64,000 bases of DNA from Dimorphilus gyrociliatus. Lineage: Eukaryota > Animalia > Annelida. The translations under genes were made by a program, and so were the position numbers. This document shows, piece after piece, positions 1-12,782 of this stretch. The notes under the pieces are model-generated. The model had not been told where the DNA came from, did no database searches, and saw nothing but the letters and a program-made list of their open reading frames with translations. Within the stretch, counting starts at the first letter, position 1; each line of letters opens with the position of its first letter. Where the stretch lies: positions 2,558,498 to 2,622,497 of the forward strand of contig CAJFCJ010000012.1 of NCBI GenBank assembly GCA_904063045.1, given 5' to 3'.

Positions 1-160
1 ATATATATATATATCTCTGTGTCTCTCTCTAATTGGCTGATTAAATTATTACCATTTTCAACTTTATTGATTACAATTACCAGTTTAGTTGTTAATAAAG
101 AATGTTTGTTGTGTTTTTTCCCCGCTAGGTTTTAGCTTGGAAGCAGCAAAAATAATGAAA

Positions 161-207
161 TATAACTATATACATATATACTGTATACATATATATATAC
201 ATCGCAC

Positions 208-240
<33 letters not shown>

Positions 241-245
241 CATAC
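161..245. repeat. (AT)n/(AC) microsatellite tract
   Basis: Direct inspection; it generates the spurious Y/I-rich ORFs here. Confidence 0.9.
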
Positions 246-517
246 AAAACTGTAAACTGGTATTATATAATTGTTTTTTTTTTTTTGAAAAAACACACTG
301 AAAGTTTTCTAACAAAAAAAATGAACTAAAGAGAAGCTTTTTAATTAATCTGGGTTTCAGAGGTGACAATAGATAATATAATATAAATATATAAAGAACA
401 GAAAAATGATCAATTATAGGTTTGTTTCTTTAAAAATGAAAGAAAATAAAACCTATTGGGAAAAGAAAATTTAGAAGAAACTATTCAACAACACCTGAAA
501 CCATAAAAGAATTTAGC

Positions 518-3386
518 TTAAGCGGAATTAAGTTCCGCTCTTTCTTGTCCTTCATTGACGGCATCAAGTTCCAGTGTTTTTAGCTGATGAACCTTCAATT
601 TCGGTTTTAATAATGTTGAAAATCTCTATTTTAAAATTAATTAGATAAAAGATTGATTTCACTTGAAATACTTAAAAAATCGAATACAAAAACCTTTGTT
701 AAACTTCCTTCGGCTCTCATTATTTTTACAACGGCTACTATTGGTATAAGAATTAACGAGCAACAGGCTATTATCCATCCTAAAGCAATTGCCCATCTGG
801 GATATACGTAGGTCTTGTTGTATCTTAACTCCTTATATTGTATACAAGAGAACACAAATATAACCTGGAGAAAGTGAAGAGAAGATATAGTGGAGGAAGA
901 GGATGGAAGAGAAGACAAAAAGAAGAAAAACATATATATATATGTTTATAGCATATTACTACTCGTAATAGTACAATAAAAGATAACTTACCAAAGCCAA
1001 CGACGGCGTAACAGTCATCCAAGAATATTTTATTAAAGGAAGTACCTTTCTACCCAGCATATATTCAACATTCTTCCAAAATCGACCAGCTCCGTAAAGG
1101 TAGCCAACGGTCACGCATTCTAAAAAGCCAATAAACAATACTATACGACTAGTTGAATAATAGTCGAATATTTGAAAAACGTATATTCCTCCCTAGAATG
1201 ATAGAAAGAAGGAGAAAAATAAATAAACACCTCTATCTATTTTATTTGTATTTTAGTGTATAGTACTAGTACTATCACTACTTACTCTCGTCACCATAGA
1301 TAAACCAACTAGATAGGAAAAAAAACATATTACGGCGATAAAAATCTCCTTTCTTCTTCCTACTCTTAAGAGGTGGGGGAACTGATCGACCACAGCCGTA
1401 ACTACCCCTTCAACACCTCCGAATTGACTGTCCATACCGAGTAGAATCAACATAAGAAAGAAGCATATACTCCATAGAATTGACCCGGGCATTTCGCCTA
1501 CAGTCTTCGGATAGGCTATAAATGCTAAACCGGGTCCGCTTTCGGCTACCTTGTCTACAGTTGTACCGTGAGTTTCCGCCATAAAGCCCAATATCGAAAA
1601 GATAATGAAACCGCTGAAAAATGATGTACCAGAATTGGTCAAAGCGAATAGTAGACTGTCCTTGAGGACATTATGATGGAATTTGTTGTACGACCCGAGA
1701 GCTGTTAAAGTACCCAAACCAATTGAATATGAGAAGAATACTTGCGTTCCGGCATCCACCCAAACTTGGCTGTCTAACAATTTCGACCAGTCCGGTAAGA
1801 GATAGAATTCGATTCCTTTTGACGATCCTGGCAGAGTAACGCCTCTTATCAGGAGGGCCAACATCAAAAGATACGGAGAGGTGGCGGTAACGTACATGAC
1901 TTTTCCCGACGACTTGATCCCCTTGCAGACACAAAGGTAAACGACTATCCATGCGAGTAAGAGGCATAATGCCATCTCCCATTTAATATTCCCCGGATTG
2001 TCGATGCCTGACGAAATGTTCAGAACCTTTCTCCTGCAAACCGAAATCGTTGACATTCTACCTTAATTTTAAAAGCCCCACTTTGTATAGTTTTTGTTGG
2101 AATTTTTTAGATTTAAAATAAAAAACAAACCCCTGCTTGAACGCGAAGTAAAGAGCGCCTTTGTCTCAGTCTCTGTCTCTCACTTGTAATAATTAAAATG
2201 CTCTTTAAGGCTTTTTGTTTTATATATACTGTATATAAAGTATATATATTACTATATGTAATACATTCCTTTCTATTATACAGTTGTTTATTTATTGGTA
2301 TTTTTGGTTTTGTTTTTACGTAATGCTCTTTGTTGTTTCACTTGGTTTTAATTGTTTTCATATTATTTCGATTGGGTTTGTTTTGGTCGAGATTTGTAGG
2401 GGGACCGAGCGGGGGGGAAATTTTAGATTCTTTATCTTTGTAGTCTTTTTTTTTATGGTTTTTGTTTTTTTTTTGTTTTTTTTTGTGTTCTCTTATAATA
2501 TCGATATCTCTCGCATCTCTCACAAACTTTGTTGTTGCTTTTTTTTTTTATCATCTTTTGTTTGTGTTATAGTTTAAGGTTTTTTTTTTTTAATAACTTT
2601 TTGTTTGTTAGTTTGGTGTTTTTGTTATTAAACTCACTCCCAAAACTCCATTGCAGGATCGACTGTAGTAGTAGTAGTAGTGGTAACGTTTAGCGACGAT
2701 GTTCCATTCGTTGAATTTCTTACAACACTGCAATTGGGAGTGTTCCACGCGTTATCGCAATGAGTCCAAGGTAAAACACTTGTAAACGAAGCGAAAAGAT
2801 AGTAAAAAGCCCATGCCAAAATAACGTTGTAATTCATATTCTGAATAAAAATAATTATCATCGTTGAAGCTCCAATTCCTGCACCAGAGAAGAAAAAAAA
2901 AACACCTTGTCAACCTATATACCATACTTGTATATATTAAGAGGCAGAGTGGGAGAAAAATACAAGGATACACTGTATATAGTTAGTTACTGTATATACC
3001 ATACATATACAGTATTCATTCTATTTAAATAAATTGATGCTATGCTTTATTCAATTTATTCAATTAGCTTAGTTAAACTGTTTGAAATGAATTGAAAATT
3101 TTACAAGACCTTGGAGCAGAGGACATATTTTCCAACATTTCATTCCAGCAGCTCCCATAAATTGACCCAGAGATACTTCCAAAAAGAATATTGGAATTGC
3201 TATAAAAACTACGCAACACATGTAGGGTATAAGGAATGCTCCTCCTCCATTTTTGTAGCATAAATATGGAAATCTCCATACGTTTCCTAATCCAACTGAA
3301 AAGCCTACACAGGCTAGTAGAAAGTCGAGCTTTCTACTCCAAGTAGGACGTTGTTTGATCTTGGTAGGTGATTTTTCCTTCTCCAT
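518..3386 (-). CDS. SLC6 Na+/Cl- dependent transporter, GABA/taurine/creatine subfamily; 6 coding exons: 3110-3386, 2638-2878, 1286-2033, 992-1192, 694-864, 518-625
   Basis: Motifs [92 protein letters not shown]. All junctions are GT-AG and phase-consistent; stop TAA at 518-520. Gly rather than Asp in TM1 excludes the monoamine transporters. Confidence 0.95.
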
Positions 3387-5391
3387 TTTTATACGATTTG
3401 ATTGTTATTCAATTTTCTGTCAAGTATTTGAACTGAAAAATAAGGTAGAAATTCAATAATAGAAGTAATATTAATAGCAATAACAATAACAGATAGAGAG
3501 AAGAAGAAGAAGAAGAAGAGAGAGAGAGAGAGAGACAGACAGACTTATATTACATAAAAGAAGATAAACAAAAAAAAAGGAGTGACTTTTCCAGGTCTTG
3601 AATTTGCTCAGTCGTAGAACTTTACTAGCAGTATTAATCTTACTCATAATGCAACTAGCCTACTTATTGCCATTATTAATACGTTCTATTTCATTTATAA
3701 GCTTTCTATTCCCTTCCAAAATCTGCTATTAGCTCCATTAAGGGAAAAAAGGAAACAGGTTAGACTATTTTACGACATATGCTAATCAACATTGATTAAA
3801 TATCATATATATTTTTTAAATATTTTCTCAGTTTGAACGTACAGCGAAAATAACCGCAATAGCTGAATAAAGAGGATAGAATAACCAACTAAATAACCAG
3901 TACAAAAAGGAAAGGAAAACCAAGATCAGAAACTACTCACCACGTGTCTTGAAATATTTGTAGAATGAACGAAAGAACCCCGCTAGGTGAAAATTAGCTC
4001 CGATCGATGGCTTTACGATTATCAAGTTAAACTGTGAAAAAAAAAAAAAAAGCCATGTAATAAATAAGAGGAAAAGTACTTTGGTTGCTTGATTTTCAAT
4101 ATTATTTCAATATATTGTATATAAATAATTTATTTAAATATATTCAGAATAAAAAATAACAAAAAGAATCTATATTTGCTTATATATATATATATATATA
4201 TATATGCGCATATAACAAATATATATATATATGTATATATATATGAATTTATATATATATATATATATATTATGCTTGTTATTCACTATTTATATACAGT
4301 CGTTGTTGGTAGTTAATTCCCTTATACATATATATACACTGTACATATACACATATTTATGTAAATATACCAAATAAGCTATATCTTTATTTGAAAAACA
4401 CAGACAAGACACGCTGTAGACTGCTCCTCTTTTCGGTCTGTTCTGAATCATCCTGGCAATTGACAAATCAATAATCATTGTGCTTTCTTCTGAAAGGCTG
4501 CTATGCAATGTTCTTTTTTTATTGTAAGATCTCTCCTATCACAAGCTAAACCTGCCATTTTTTTTAATGTTTTATCAATCTGTGTCTCTAATATATTTTC
4601 ATAAATACATTAATGTAACACAGACAATTAATATGTATGTATTTTACGACATATAGACGATATAGCGTCATACATACAGTATACTATACATACAGTATAT
4701 ATATACATATGTATTCTGTTTCCTATTCACCAACACATACACAGGTCTAGTGCTCCCTACTGTCTTCTCATACAACTTACCCTTTAATCCTTAAAAAGTA
4801 GACAATTCCGCAATTGAGATACTTGCTAATTTTCGCATACCTGTCATAAGAAGATGACGTATTCGGAAAAGTATTGATGATGAATGTAGAGTATGTTAAA
4901 AAGAGGTAGTGTGGCAAGAAACAAAATGAGAAGGGGAGAAAGACGCTTCTAAATGATTAGCTAGAAGGAGTTCTGAAGCTATATAGAGTGCCTCCCTAAA
5001 GAGGATCTTTAAAATGTAGACGAAATATTCGTCGTCACCGATAAATCCTCAGCAAAAGGAAAACGGTAGAGATGAGTTGAAAGGATGGTGGAGAGGAGAA
5101 AAAGGAATACAGATGGCACTCTTTGCTATTACGTTAGTGAGAATGAGCGAGAAGTTAGATTGAAGGGGGGTGGAGGGTGAGATAGAGAGAAAAATGAGAG
5201 GAGAAATATAAGGCGTCTATAGATACTTACCGAGAATTCTAAATAGCATCCAAATGAATAAACGCCTTGTCCTCAACTTATTCTTTCAGGATCTGGTATT
5301 TTATCCTTTTCTATGTAAAAAATATTTGTCACTTTGTATTGAGCGTCTCTTGTTCTACTCTAATTTTCCTCATTTACCGTGAGTTGGGCCG

Positions 5392-5814
5392 TTATAAATA
5401 CACACCAAGACTAAGCAGCAACAGCAGCACTGCACTAAGAGAGCTAGCTGTAACAATCTGACTATTCGTCAGATTTGTGTAAGCCTGATAGGCTTTAACG
5501 ACTATTTCGTCTACCGGTAGGCGTCTCTCGCTTCTAATCATCAACAGAGTCTCATTACGAAAACTAAGGGTTTCGCCTATTTCGTCTAAAAGGAACACAA
5601 ATTTTCAGTGGAAATTCCCTTTTTTTCGTACGAAGGCCAGTCGGTTTCTATCTGATAAGGATAGCAATTTTTTTCTCGACGCTTCCTCCAATCAAAATCT
5701 AATTTTCGGACGCAAATTCTCCCCAAATATTAGCGTAATAAAATTCCAGATAACGTCACATTTTGTCACAAAAAGAACCCAACATAGGCATATACAAATA
5801 TATAGAATGTACAT
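5392..5814 (-). CDS. Putative 82-aa secreted, GPI-anchor-type microprotein (exons 5760-5814 and 5392-5585)
   Basis: Strong acceptor (ttgtgttccttttag) at 5586. An upstream ATG exon encodes hydrophobic MYILYICICLCWVLFVTK and joins in phase through a weak GTGACG donor. C-terminal hydrophobic tail ASSLSAVLLLLLSLGVYL; NET and NLT sequons. No recognised homology. Confidence 0.3.
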
Positions 5815-6841
5815 AGGCCTAATATCGTAGGAAAAAAAAAAGTCTCTCAACTAATTCTTCTTATCCTTATCTTATTTTAGAGTAGGTCGTAATTGTAGCC
5901 TGGTGACTATTAAATAAAAACAAAATATCAACATGTTTTTACTGCCTTCTGTATAAAATTTATATAGGATTTTTGCAACGGCAAATATTACGTGTTTCGT
6001 TTATTAGTCTCTTATTCGTTTATTTGTATTCAAACAAGATACGATTTCTTGAATATATTGCCCTACTGAGAAATTAAAAAAATGACATAATTAACTGTTT
6101 TTACTATTCCACACAAGTAAAACGCCTCCAACGCCCACACACACACACACACACACGCACACACACACACCCCTCCCTCCTCTTCCCCCTATGTCATAGG
6201 AAGAGTAGTATATTGAGTACAATAACCTTTGAGCGAATTAAGTGTATAAAACTAATGTGAAGTAGAGTGGAGGAGGAGAAGAGAAGTAGAGAAGAAGACT
6301 TCGACGAGATAAACGAGAAGAAGAAGAAGAAGGTAATAAAGATATAAATATCTATAAATAACTAAAATAAAGAAGTATTAAAAATGTAAAAGTGACCGTG
6401 ACAATGTTAAATGAAAGGATGCTTAAGTATATTTATTCGATAATAAAGAAACGAACTGTTATATTGAACTTGTTGATTTATTTATATAGAAATTAGTAAA
6501 TATTATATGAACAGTCTATTATTCTTTTACGCCTAGTTCGCAAGAGATGCGAATCGGCAGATGCTTATTAACTTTTCATCAAAAAAAAAACATGCATGTT
6601 CTCATGATTCTTTACGTTTACTTCTACCGGGGTTAATAACCCTTTCTAGCCCTTCCTTCAGTCTATATTCTTTAATAGACTTTTATTTTTATCGATTAAC
6701 CTCTATTCACTAATCGGAAGCGTTCGTTTACCTAATTTTTAAATGATTTCTAACATTTCCAAATAGATAAGAGAATGTCGAAATATAGGCCAAATTTTCT
6801 CTATTTAAAAGAGAATTTTTTCGACTTTCGGTATCAGAAAC

Positions 6842-8746
6842 ATGAAGTTGGTAATAGCTAGTTTGTTGGTATGTTTGGCCTTGGCCTTGGGAGGTGAGAG
6901 GAAGCGTTATGACGGGTAAGAAAGTTTTATTAATTTCAATCATTAACTTTATTGTTATTACTACGGAAATTGTTTTCTTTTTTTACCAGTTTTCATTTTA
7001 ATTTCCGATTTTTCTTAGATATCAATTAATTAAATTAACACCTACCACTAAACAACAATTGGACGTTATTCGCCAATTTGAAGATTCTGACAAAGTGAAT
7101 ATACAGTATATACTATCTATACCATTTCTCTATTTATATTCACTTTTTCATTGTCGTCATCATCATCATTATCATCATCATAATTATCATCTTCTTCGTA
7201 TTCTTCTACTCTCTTTCCTATAGTTCATCTTCTTGAGCGATATCGGCAACATTAACAGTGACATTTACGTAATTGTTCATCCGGATGAAGTTTCCGTTTT
7301 CGTCTCCTACATATCTGCATACAAAATTCAAAGAGTTTTGGAAAATCCCGATATTCAACAGTAAGAGACTATTAAATCTTATTCTTCTCCCTATTTCAGC
7401 CTACCACTTTTCAAATTTCGTTTCCTATTCATTTTGTAGAGATTTAGACTCCATGTGGGAAAGGTTGGACAGTCAGAAGGCGTTTGATATCAACGACTAC
7501 AATAGACTGGAGGATATCGAGGCTCAAATAGATGTTTGGAATAATGCTTGCGTATCTGGATTTGAATGTTCAATTGAAAACTTGGGAAATTCATACGAAG
7601 GCAGACCAATCAAACTATTGAAGGTTCATAAACTAACGTTAAAGTAGCATTATAAACGTTTACTTAATACCAATTAACTAAATAAATAGATTGAAAAAGC
7701 TGGAGAAAACCGCAAAATTATGTGGATGGATTCCACTATCCACGCCAGAGAATGGCTTGCACCAGCAACAGTTTTGAAGATCGCCAACGCCGTAAGTTTG
7801 ATAGAAAGAAAGAGGGAGAAACGCTTCATAGATCGTTCATTTATTTATAGATTTTTACCGGTGAGAATGCCGATGCTACTAGATTGTTGAATACTTATGA
7901 TTGGTACTTTGTATTTGTTATGAATCCCGATGGATACGTTTACACTTGGGACGGCGATAGATTTTGGAGAAAGTCAAGAAATCCAAACGCTGGATCGTCT
8001 TGCATTGGAACAGATTTGAACAGAAATTACGACTATAGATGGGGCTGTACGCGATTACTTTTTATTGATTTACTTTTGTAACTTGAAAATATTTGACGAT
8101 TAATTTTTTATACATAGTCGGAGGATCAAGCACCAATCCCTGCTCTACGACCTATAGAGGCACCAGTGCCGGTTCAGAACCAGAAACCAAAGCCGTTCAA
8201 ACCAAGGCCCTCGCCATCGGATCTAGAGTCCTTTCTTGGGTTTCAGTCCATACATCAGGCAACATGTGGTTATCAGCCTTCGGTTATTTAGAGCCCAGCG
8301 GAGTTTGCGGAGAGCCAACCGACTACAATGATATTGTAAGTACTATAATCTGAAATTGCCTTTAACTAATTTAAGCTAATATTAATTATGTTAGTACTCC
8401 GTCGCCGAAGCAACCGCTGAAGCAGTTATGGACACATTCGGTACTACTTGGACTTATGGTTCTGCCTGTACAACCATTTGTAAGTATTTAAAAGCCATTT
8501 GATATTTCTCTCTTTATGCAACTCTAGGATTAACGAATAATTCTCTGTCATTTTTAAGATCCCGCATCAGGAATTACCGTTGACTATACATACGGAGCTG
8601 CTGGCATCAAATATTCATATACCCCAGAATTGAGAGGACCAGGTTTCAATCCAGGACCAAACGCCATTACTCCAAGTTATCAAGAAGTATGGAATGGAAT
8701 CGTGGCTATGATAAGAAAGATAGAAGAAATCGAGAATAACAAATAA
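6842..8746 (+). CDS. Zinc carboxypeptidase A/B-type (M14A) preproenzyme; 9 exons: 6842-6915, 7019-7094, 7224-7360, 7440-7623, 7690-7791, 7850-8046, 8118-8335, 8395-8479, 8559-8746
   Basis: Signal peptide MKLVIASLLVCLALALG, then a propeptide. Catalytic motifs DSTIHAREW (H69/E72), NPDGY, WRKSR (R127), DLNRN (N144/R145), H196, IYPASG (Y248), TPELR (E270). Val at the 255-equivalent position suggests CPA-like hydrophobic specificity. Confidence 0.95.
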
Positions 8747-9214
8747 AATGCGCTCTTCTTTTTATTCAGAAAGTTTTCTTTTTGCCTTTAAAAATAAATT
8801 ATTAATAAAAATGTTATGTAAACAAGTTTTCTTAACTTCTGCTTCTTCCTTTTATTATCATTAAAACAACGTAGAAAGGAAGCGAAGAGATGAAATAATT
8901 AGGACAAGGGAATTAACATTTGCTCCTTTTATTTAGATTGTCTGTTGTTTTTTCTCTCTCTCTCTCTTTTTTTTTGTAGTTATCTTCTGGATTTTGTGGA
9001 TTTTTCTAGTGTTTTATAGAATAATTTGAGGATAAAATTGTCTCTTTTAATCCATATGAAAGAGACGCCTAAAAACGTCCAATAGCCGATATTCGCTTCA
9101 TTTCAGTGGAAAACTTACAAAATTCAGTATGAAATTGAATACGTTACCAATTAGAGATGTATATTATTTTTCATGAATAATCAAATATACGGCATTTGTT
9201 CAAAAGGGAACGTC

Positions 9215-11023
9215 TCTCCCAGTTATCCTGATATCTTGCCAAAGAGTCAGATATGATGGGTGAGAGTTTAAATGATCCTTTTTCCTCAAACGGTATCATT
9301 TATCACTTTCTACGTTTAAGATATCATCTACTAACCGCTACCCTTATTGACGATATCCAATTTATTGGTCTATATAATCTCTTCCAAGTTGAAAATGTGA
9401 GTAAAGTTTTTTAAAGAACCAAAGAGAGCTGGAAGTCAAACGTCGATTCTAGTCCCTAAAGGGGAAATGGAATACCTTATCTCTCTTCTCGTAGATAATT
9501 CTATCGAATATTTTATCGAAGACTACAATATTCAAGAGTAAATGTTTTAGTACCTAGCAATTACATGAAGGTCTCTCTAAATAGAGAATAAACAGACAAT
9601 TGGATAAAACTTGACAGATGCAAAAAAAGACTTTTTTCTATGACGATTTTAATACTTAAGAACAAATTGAAGGAAAAATCGATGAATGCCAATCGAGTTT
9701 TGTTGAAGGTTTTCAATGCGAAATTGAAGTGATTGGAAATTCGTATAAAGGAAGGCCTTTAAAACTTCTTAAAGTATATCATTAATACTACATCTATCAT
9801 CTTTCATTCATTCATTCATTCATCCATTCATTTATTCTTTCTTTCTTTCTTTCTTTCTTTCTTTTAGCCTAAAGTTTATTAATATTTTTTCATTTTTCCA
9901 TCAGTACGTTTAACAGATTGAACAACCCAGAGAGATTCGTAAGATACTTTGGTTCGATTCAGCTATACACTCAAGAGAGTGACTTGCTCCCGTCACTAAT
10001 CTCAGGGTGCCTTAGACAGTAAATTATTTCTTCTCTCTCTTTCTTTCTAGTTGGCTAATCTAGTTCCTTTATTCCTTCTTCCTTCTCCCCCTTTAAAGCT
10101 TTGAAAATACAAACGAAGATGCCGAGAGACTTTTGAATAAATACGATTGGTACTTTTTGTTTGTCGCTAATCCCGATGGGTATAAACATACCTGGCTAGG
10201 AGATAGATTTTGGAGAAAGTCTAAAAGTGCCAAAGTTGGAAGTCCTTGTTTAGGAACTGACCTTAATAGAACTTTTGCTTACAAATGGTTAAGTAAGTAG
10301 ATAAGATCAAATTACTATCCTTTTACCAACTATAATCTTTTTATTATGCCAAAAAAAGGTGGCGGTGCTAGCATAGTTCCATATTCAGAGTTTCGCTGGA
10401 TCAAGAGAGGCAACTGAAGCTGAGGTTATTGCAGTTTAAAACAAAGCAAACTCTTTGAGTGGCAGAATAATTACGTGGATGTTGATCCATACTTTTACCA
10501 AGATATGGGTTACCCCATACGATCATTTATCAGAGTCCTGTAGATGCGCAACACCCCCTGATTATAGCGATATAGTAAGATATGGTTTATAATATACTTC
10601 AAGAAACGCTCTCCTATACAGAATGTATCTAAAATAGTAATTATACTCTATCTCTACGTCTGGGAAAAGATTACAATCCCCAATTATGAATATACAAGGT
10701 TCCTCTCGGAATTATGGTTCAACCTGCGCAGTAATCTGTAAGTTATATATAGATGTAATATAATTGTATCAATTAGAAATTTTATGTATTTTATAGACCC
10801 CGCATCTGGATTAACAATAGATTTTACCTACTCTGTTGATATTAAGTATTTTTTTACAACTGAACTAGGAGGTGAAGGACTTGATCCACCTAGAGAAGAA
10901 ATCAAATTAAGCTACGAAGAATTCTGGCATGGTATTACTGCCATGGTAGCAGCTATTGAAGAGAGAGAGAGAGAGAGATATCAAACAAATAAGAAATATA
11001 TCAAGAAAGCAATTTGGAGATAA
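9215..11023 (+). pseudogene. Tandem pseudogenised paralog of the M14 carboxypeptidase with the same exon layout
   Basis: Homologous exons (RVRYDG, GRPLKLLK, DSAIHSRE, NPDGY, DRFWRKS, YPASG). In-frame stops at 9612, 9657, 9980, 10013 and 10437; a frameshift near 10391; intron 2 collapsed to 10 nt; ELR changed to ELG; an (AG)n tract in the last exon. Confidence 0.9.
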
Positions 11024-11693
11024 ACAATTATCTTTATAATGCTTTTCATTTGAAACCATGAAAATACTTGCGTGTACAATATCTTATAAGGAAAGAGCGA
11101 AAGACAAAATTTCTGGGAGACACAGTAAGAGAAATTACGATACAGTATACGTACAATCTCTTTACGTGGTATAGTGTCATACGAAGCCGAACTCTTGGAA
11201 AATAATCAATCTTCTCCTAGAAGAGACTCAATACTTTAATTTGTCTTAAAATATGGAAAAGAAGTTTTAGTTTTTTGTATACTATTCGTTTCTCTCTTGC
11301 CGTATTCTTCTCTTTCCCTTTCTTCCTATTCTTCCTACTTTCATGTGAAGTTTTTTTCTCAAAGTAAAAAAAAACATACCAAGTATAGATATTTAGGAAA
11401 TATCATTGTTCGATTCTTGGATATAATTGAAGTATGCCTGAACAAGGGGAATGACGCCGAGAGAGATGAGCAGAGTTTTTCCCTTTTCGTGGTGTAAGGT
11501 GAGAAATATGTATTAATGCTTCTCGACTAGGAAAAGGTAATAAAGATCATTATAACAGAAGCCTTTTATATCAAATGTACATATACATATATTCTCTTTT
11601 CTTCAGCTCACTCTCTTCTACAACTTCTGTCCCGTCTCTCTGCTATCTTTTTCCTTTCTTCTTCTTCTTCTTCTTCTTCTTCTTGATAGACAG

Positions 11694-12782
11694 ATGGCTA
11701 TGGTGTCTTCGTTAAACTCTACAATATTATCATTCGAAGAGGCAAAATATTTGGTTTTGTCGATTAGCATCATCTCCGGAATTCTATTTTGCTTTGGTTT
11801 TGTTGGCAATTTGCTAAGCTTTCTGGTTTTTAGTAGGCAGTCAATGAATGAAACATCAACTTCGATCTATTTACGTTTCTTAGCCATTGTCGATTCTATA
11901 GCATTAATATTTGAATTTATTCTAGTACCATCAAGATACTATCTAGGCTTTTTAAATGTTTCCAATAATGTTCTCAAGTACTTTTTCTGCGCTTTCATGT
12001 TCCACGGAATGCTATCTTTCAGTCAAATGGGTTCTTGGCTGATTGCGGCTATGACAATCGATAGGAGCATCTTTATCTTTTCACCAACCAAAGCCAAGTC
12101 CATATGTACGAAGAGGAAGTCAAAAGCTGTATGCTCTTTATTAGTGATTATCTTTTTCCTTCTCTACCATCACTACTACTATACCATGACGTCTACCAGT
12201 ATTACAGTTGAGAAAGATAATAAGTGGGAGACGCTATTATTTTGCAGTTCGAGCAATGGCGATGTTCACAAATTTCTTTACGACGTTATTGTACCAATGG
12301 ACGCTTTACTATATTCCCTTATTCCATCAATCGTATCGATGATCGCGAATGTGGCAATTATCATCCGTCTCATAAGAACAAGAGATAATAGGAAGAATAT
12401 AGCAATTTCCAACAATGCAAATATAAATAAGAAAATGTACCAGTTAACTTTTACGTTGCTGGCTATATCTTTCTATTTTATTGCTGTAACTCTTCCGAGT
12501 CCATTGGTATCATTGTATTATTTATATAAAGGAGATTATGAAGATCTAGAGAATGTTCAAGTTAGAATATATATGATAGCAACACAGGTTACAATGACAC
12601 TAGGCTTTACTAATAATGCCGCAAACTTTTATATCTATTGTATTACTGGCACAAAGTTTAGAAAGCAATTATATTTAATGTTTCAATTTGGTAATAAAAC
12701 TACAAAATTCAGACATAAGCCTACTACGAACGTCTATACCCTCTATTCAAGTACAAAGGACTCGATAACTAAACATTATTAA
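11694..12782 (+). CDS. Intronless class A GPCR, FMRFamide/peptide-receptor-like (362 aa)
   Basis: Seven hydrophobic segments; GN in TM1, LAIVD in TM2, DRS in place of DRY, NAANFYIY in place of NPxxY, basic helix 8 (KFRKQL). Confidence 0.9.
   Translation: MAMVSSLNSTILSFEEAKYLVLSISIISGILFCFGFVGNLLSFLVFSRQSMNETSTSIYLRFLAIVDSIALIFEFILVPSRYYLGFLNVSNNVLKYFFCAFMFHGMLSFSQMGSWLIAAMTIDRSIFIFSPTKAKSICTKRKSKAVCSLLVIIFFLLYHHYYYTMTSTSITVEKDNKWETLLFCSSSNGDVHKFLYDVIVPMDALLYSLIPSIVSMIANVAIIIRLIRTRDNRKNIAISNNANINKKMYQLTFTLLAISFYFIAVTLPSPLVSLYYLYKGDYEDLENVQVRIYMIATQVTMTLGFTNNAANFYIYCITGTKFRKQLYLMFQFGNKTTKFRHKPTTNVYTLYSSTKDSITKHY

Noticed and set aside
89-369. Short Y/I-, L/S- or R/E-rich ORFs throughout the window (for example 89-301, 32598-32858, 40265-40577, 56824-57123)
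   Set aside because: They derive from (AT)n, (CT)n and (CTT)n microsatellites.
1671-1982. Alternative-frame and antisense ORFs overlapping real genes (also 11618-11809, 21947-22153, 23350-23622, 28186-28512, 28794-29084, 29637-29885, 34491-34697, 36608-36814)
   Set aside because: They are shadows of true coding exons with no recognisable motifs or independent splice signals.
9612-9982. Two TGA codons at Trp-equivalent positions in the second carboxypeptidase, suggesting UGA recoding or selenocysteine
   Set aside because: The same copy also has TAA and TAG stops, a frameshift and a collapsed intron, and all other genes use TGG for Trp. These are ordinary TGG-to-TGA nonsense changes.
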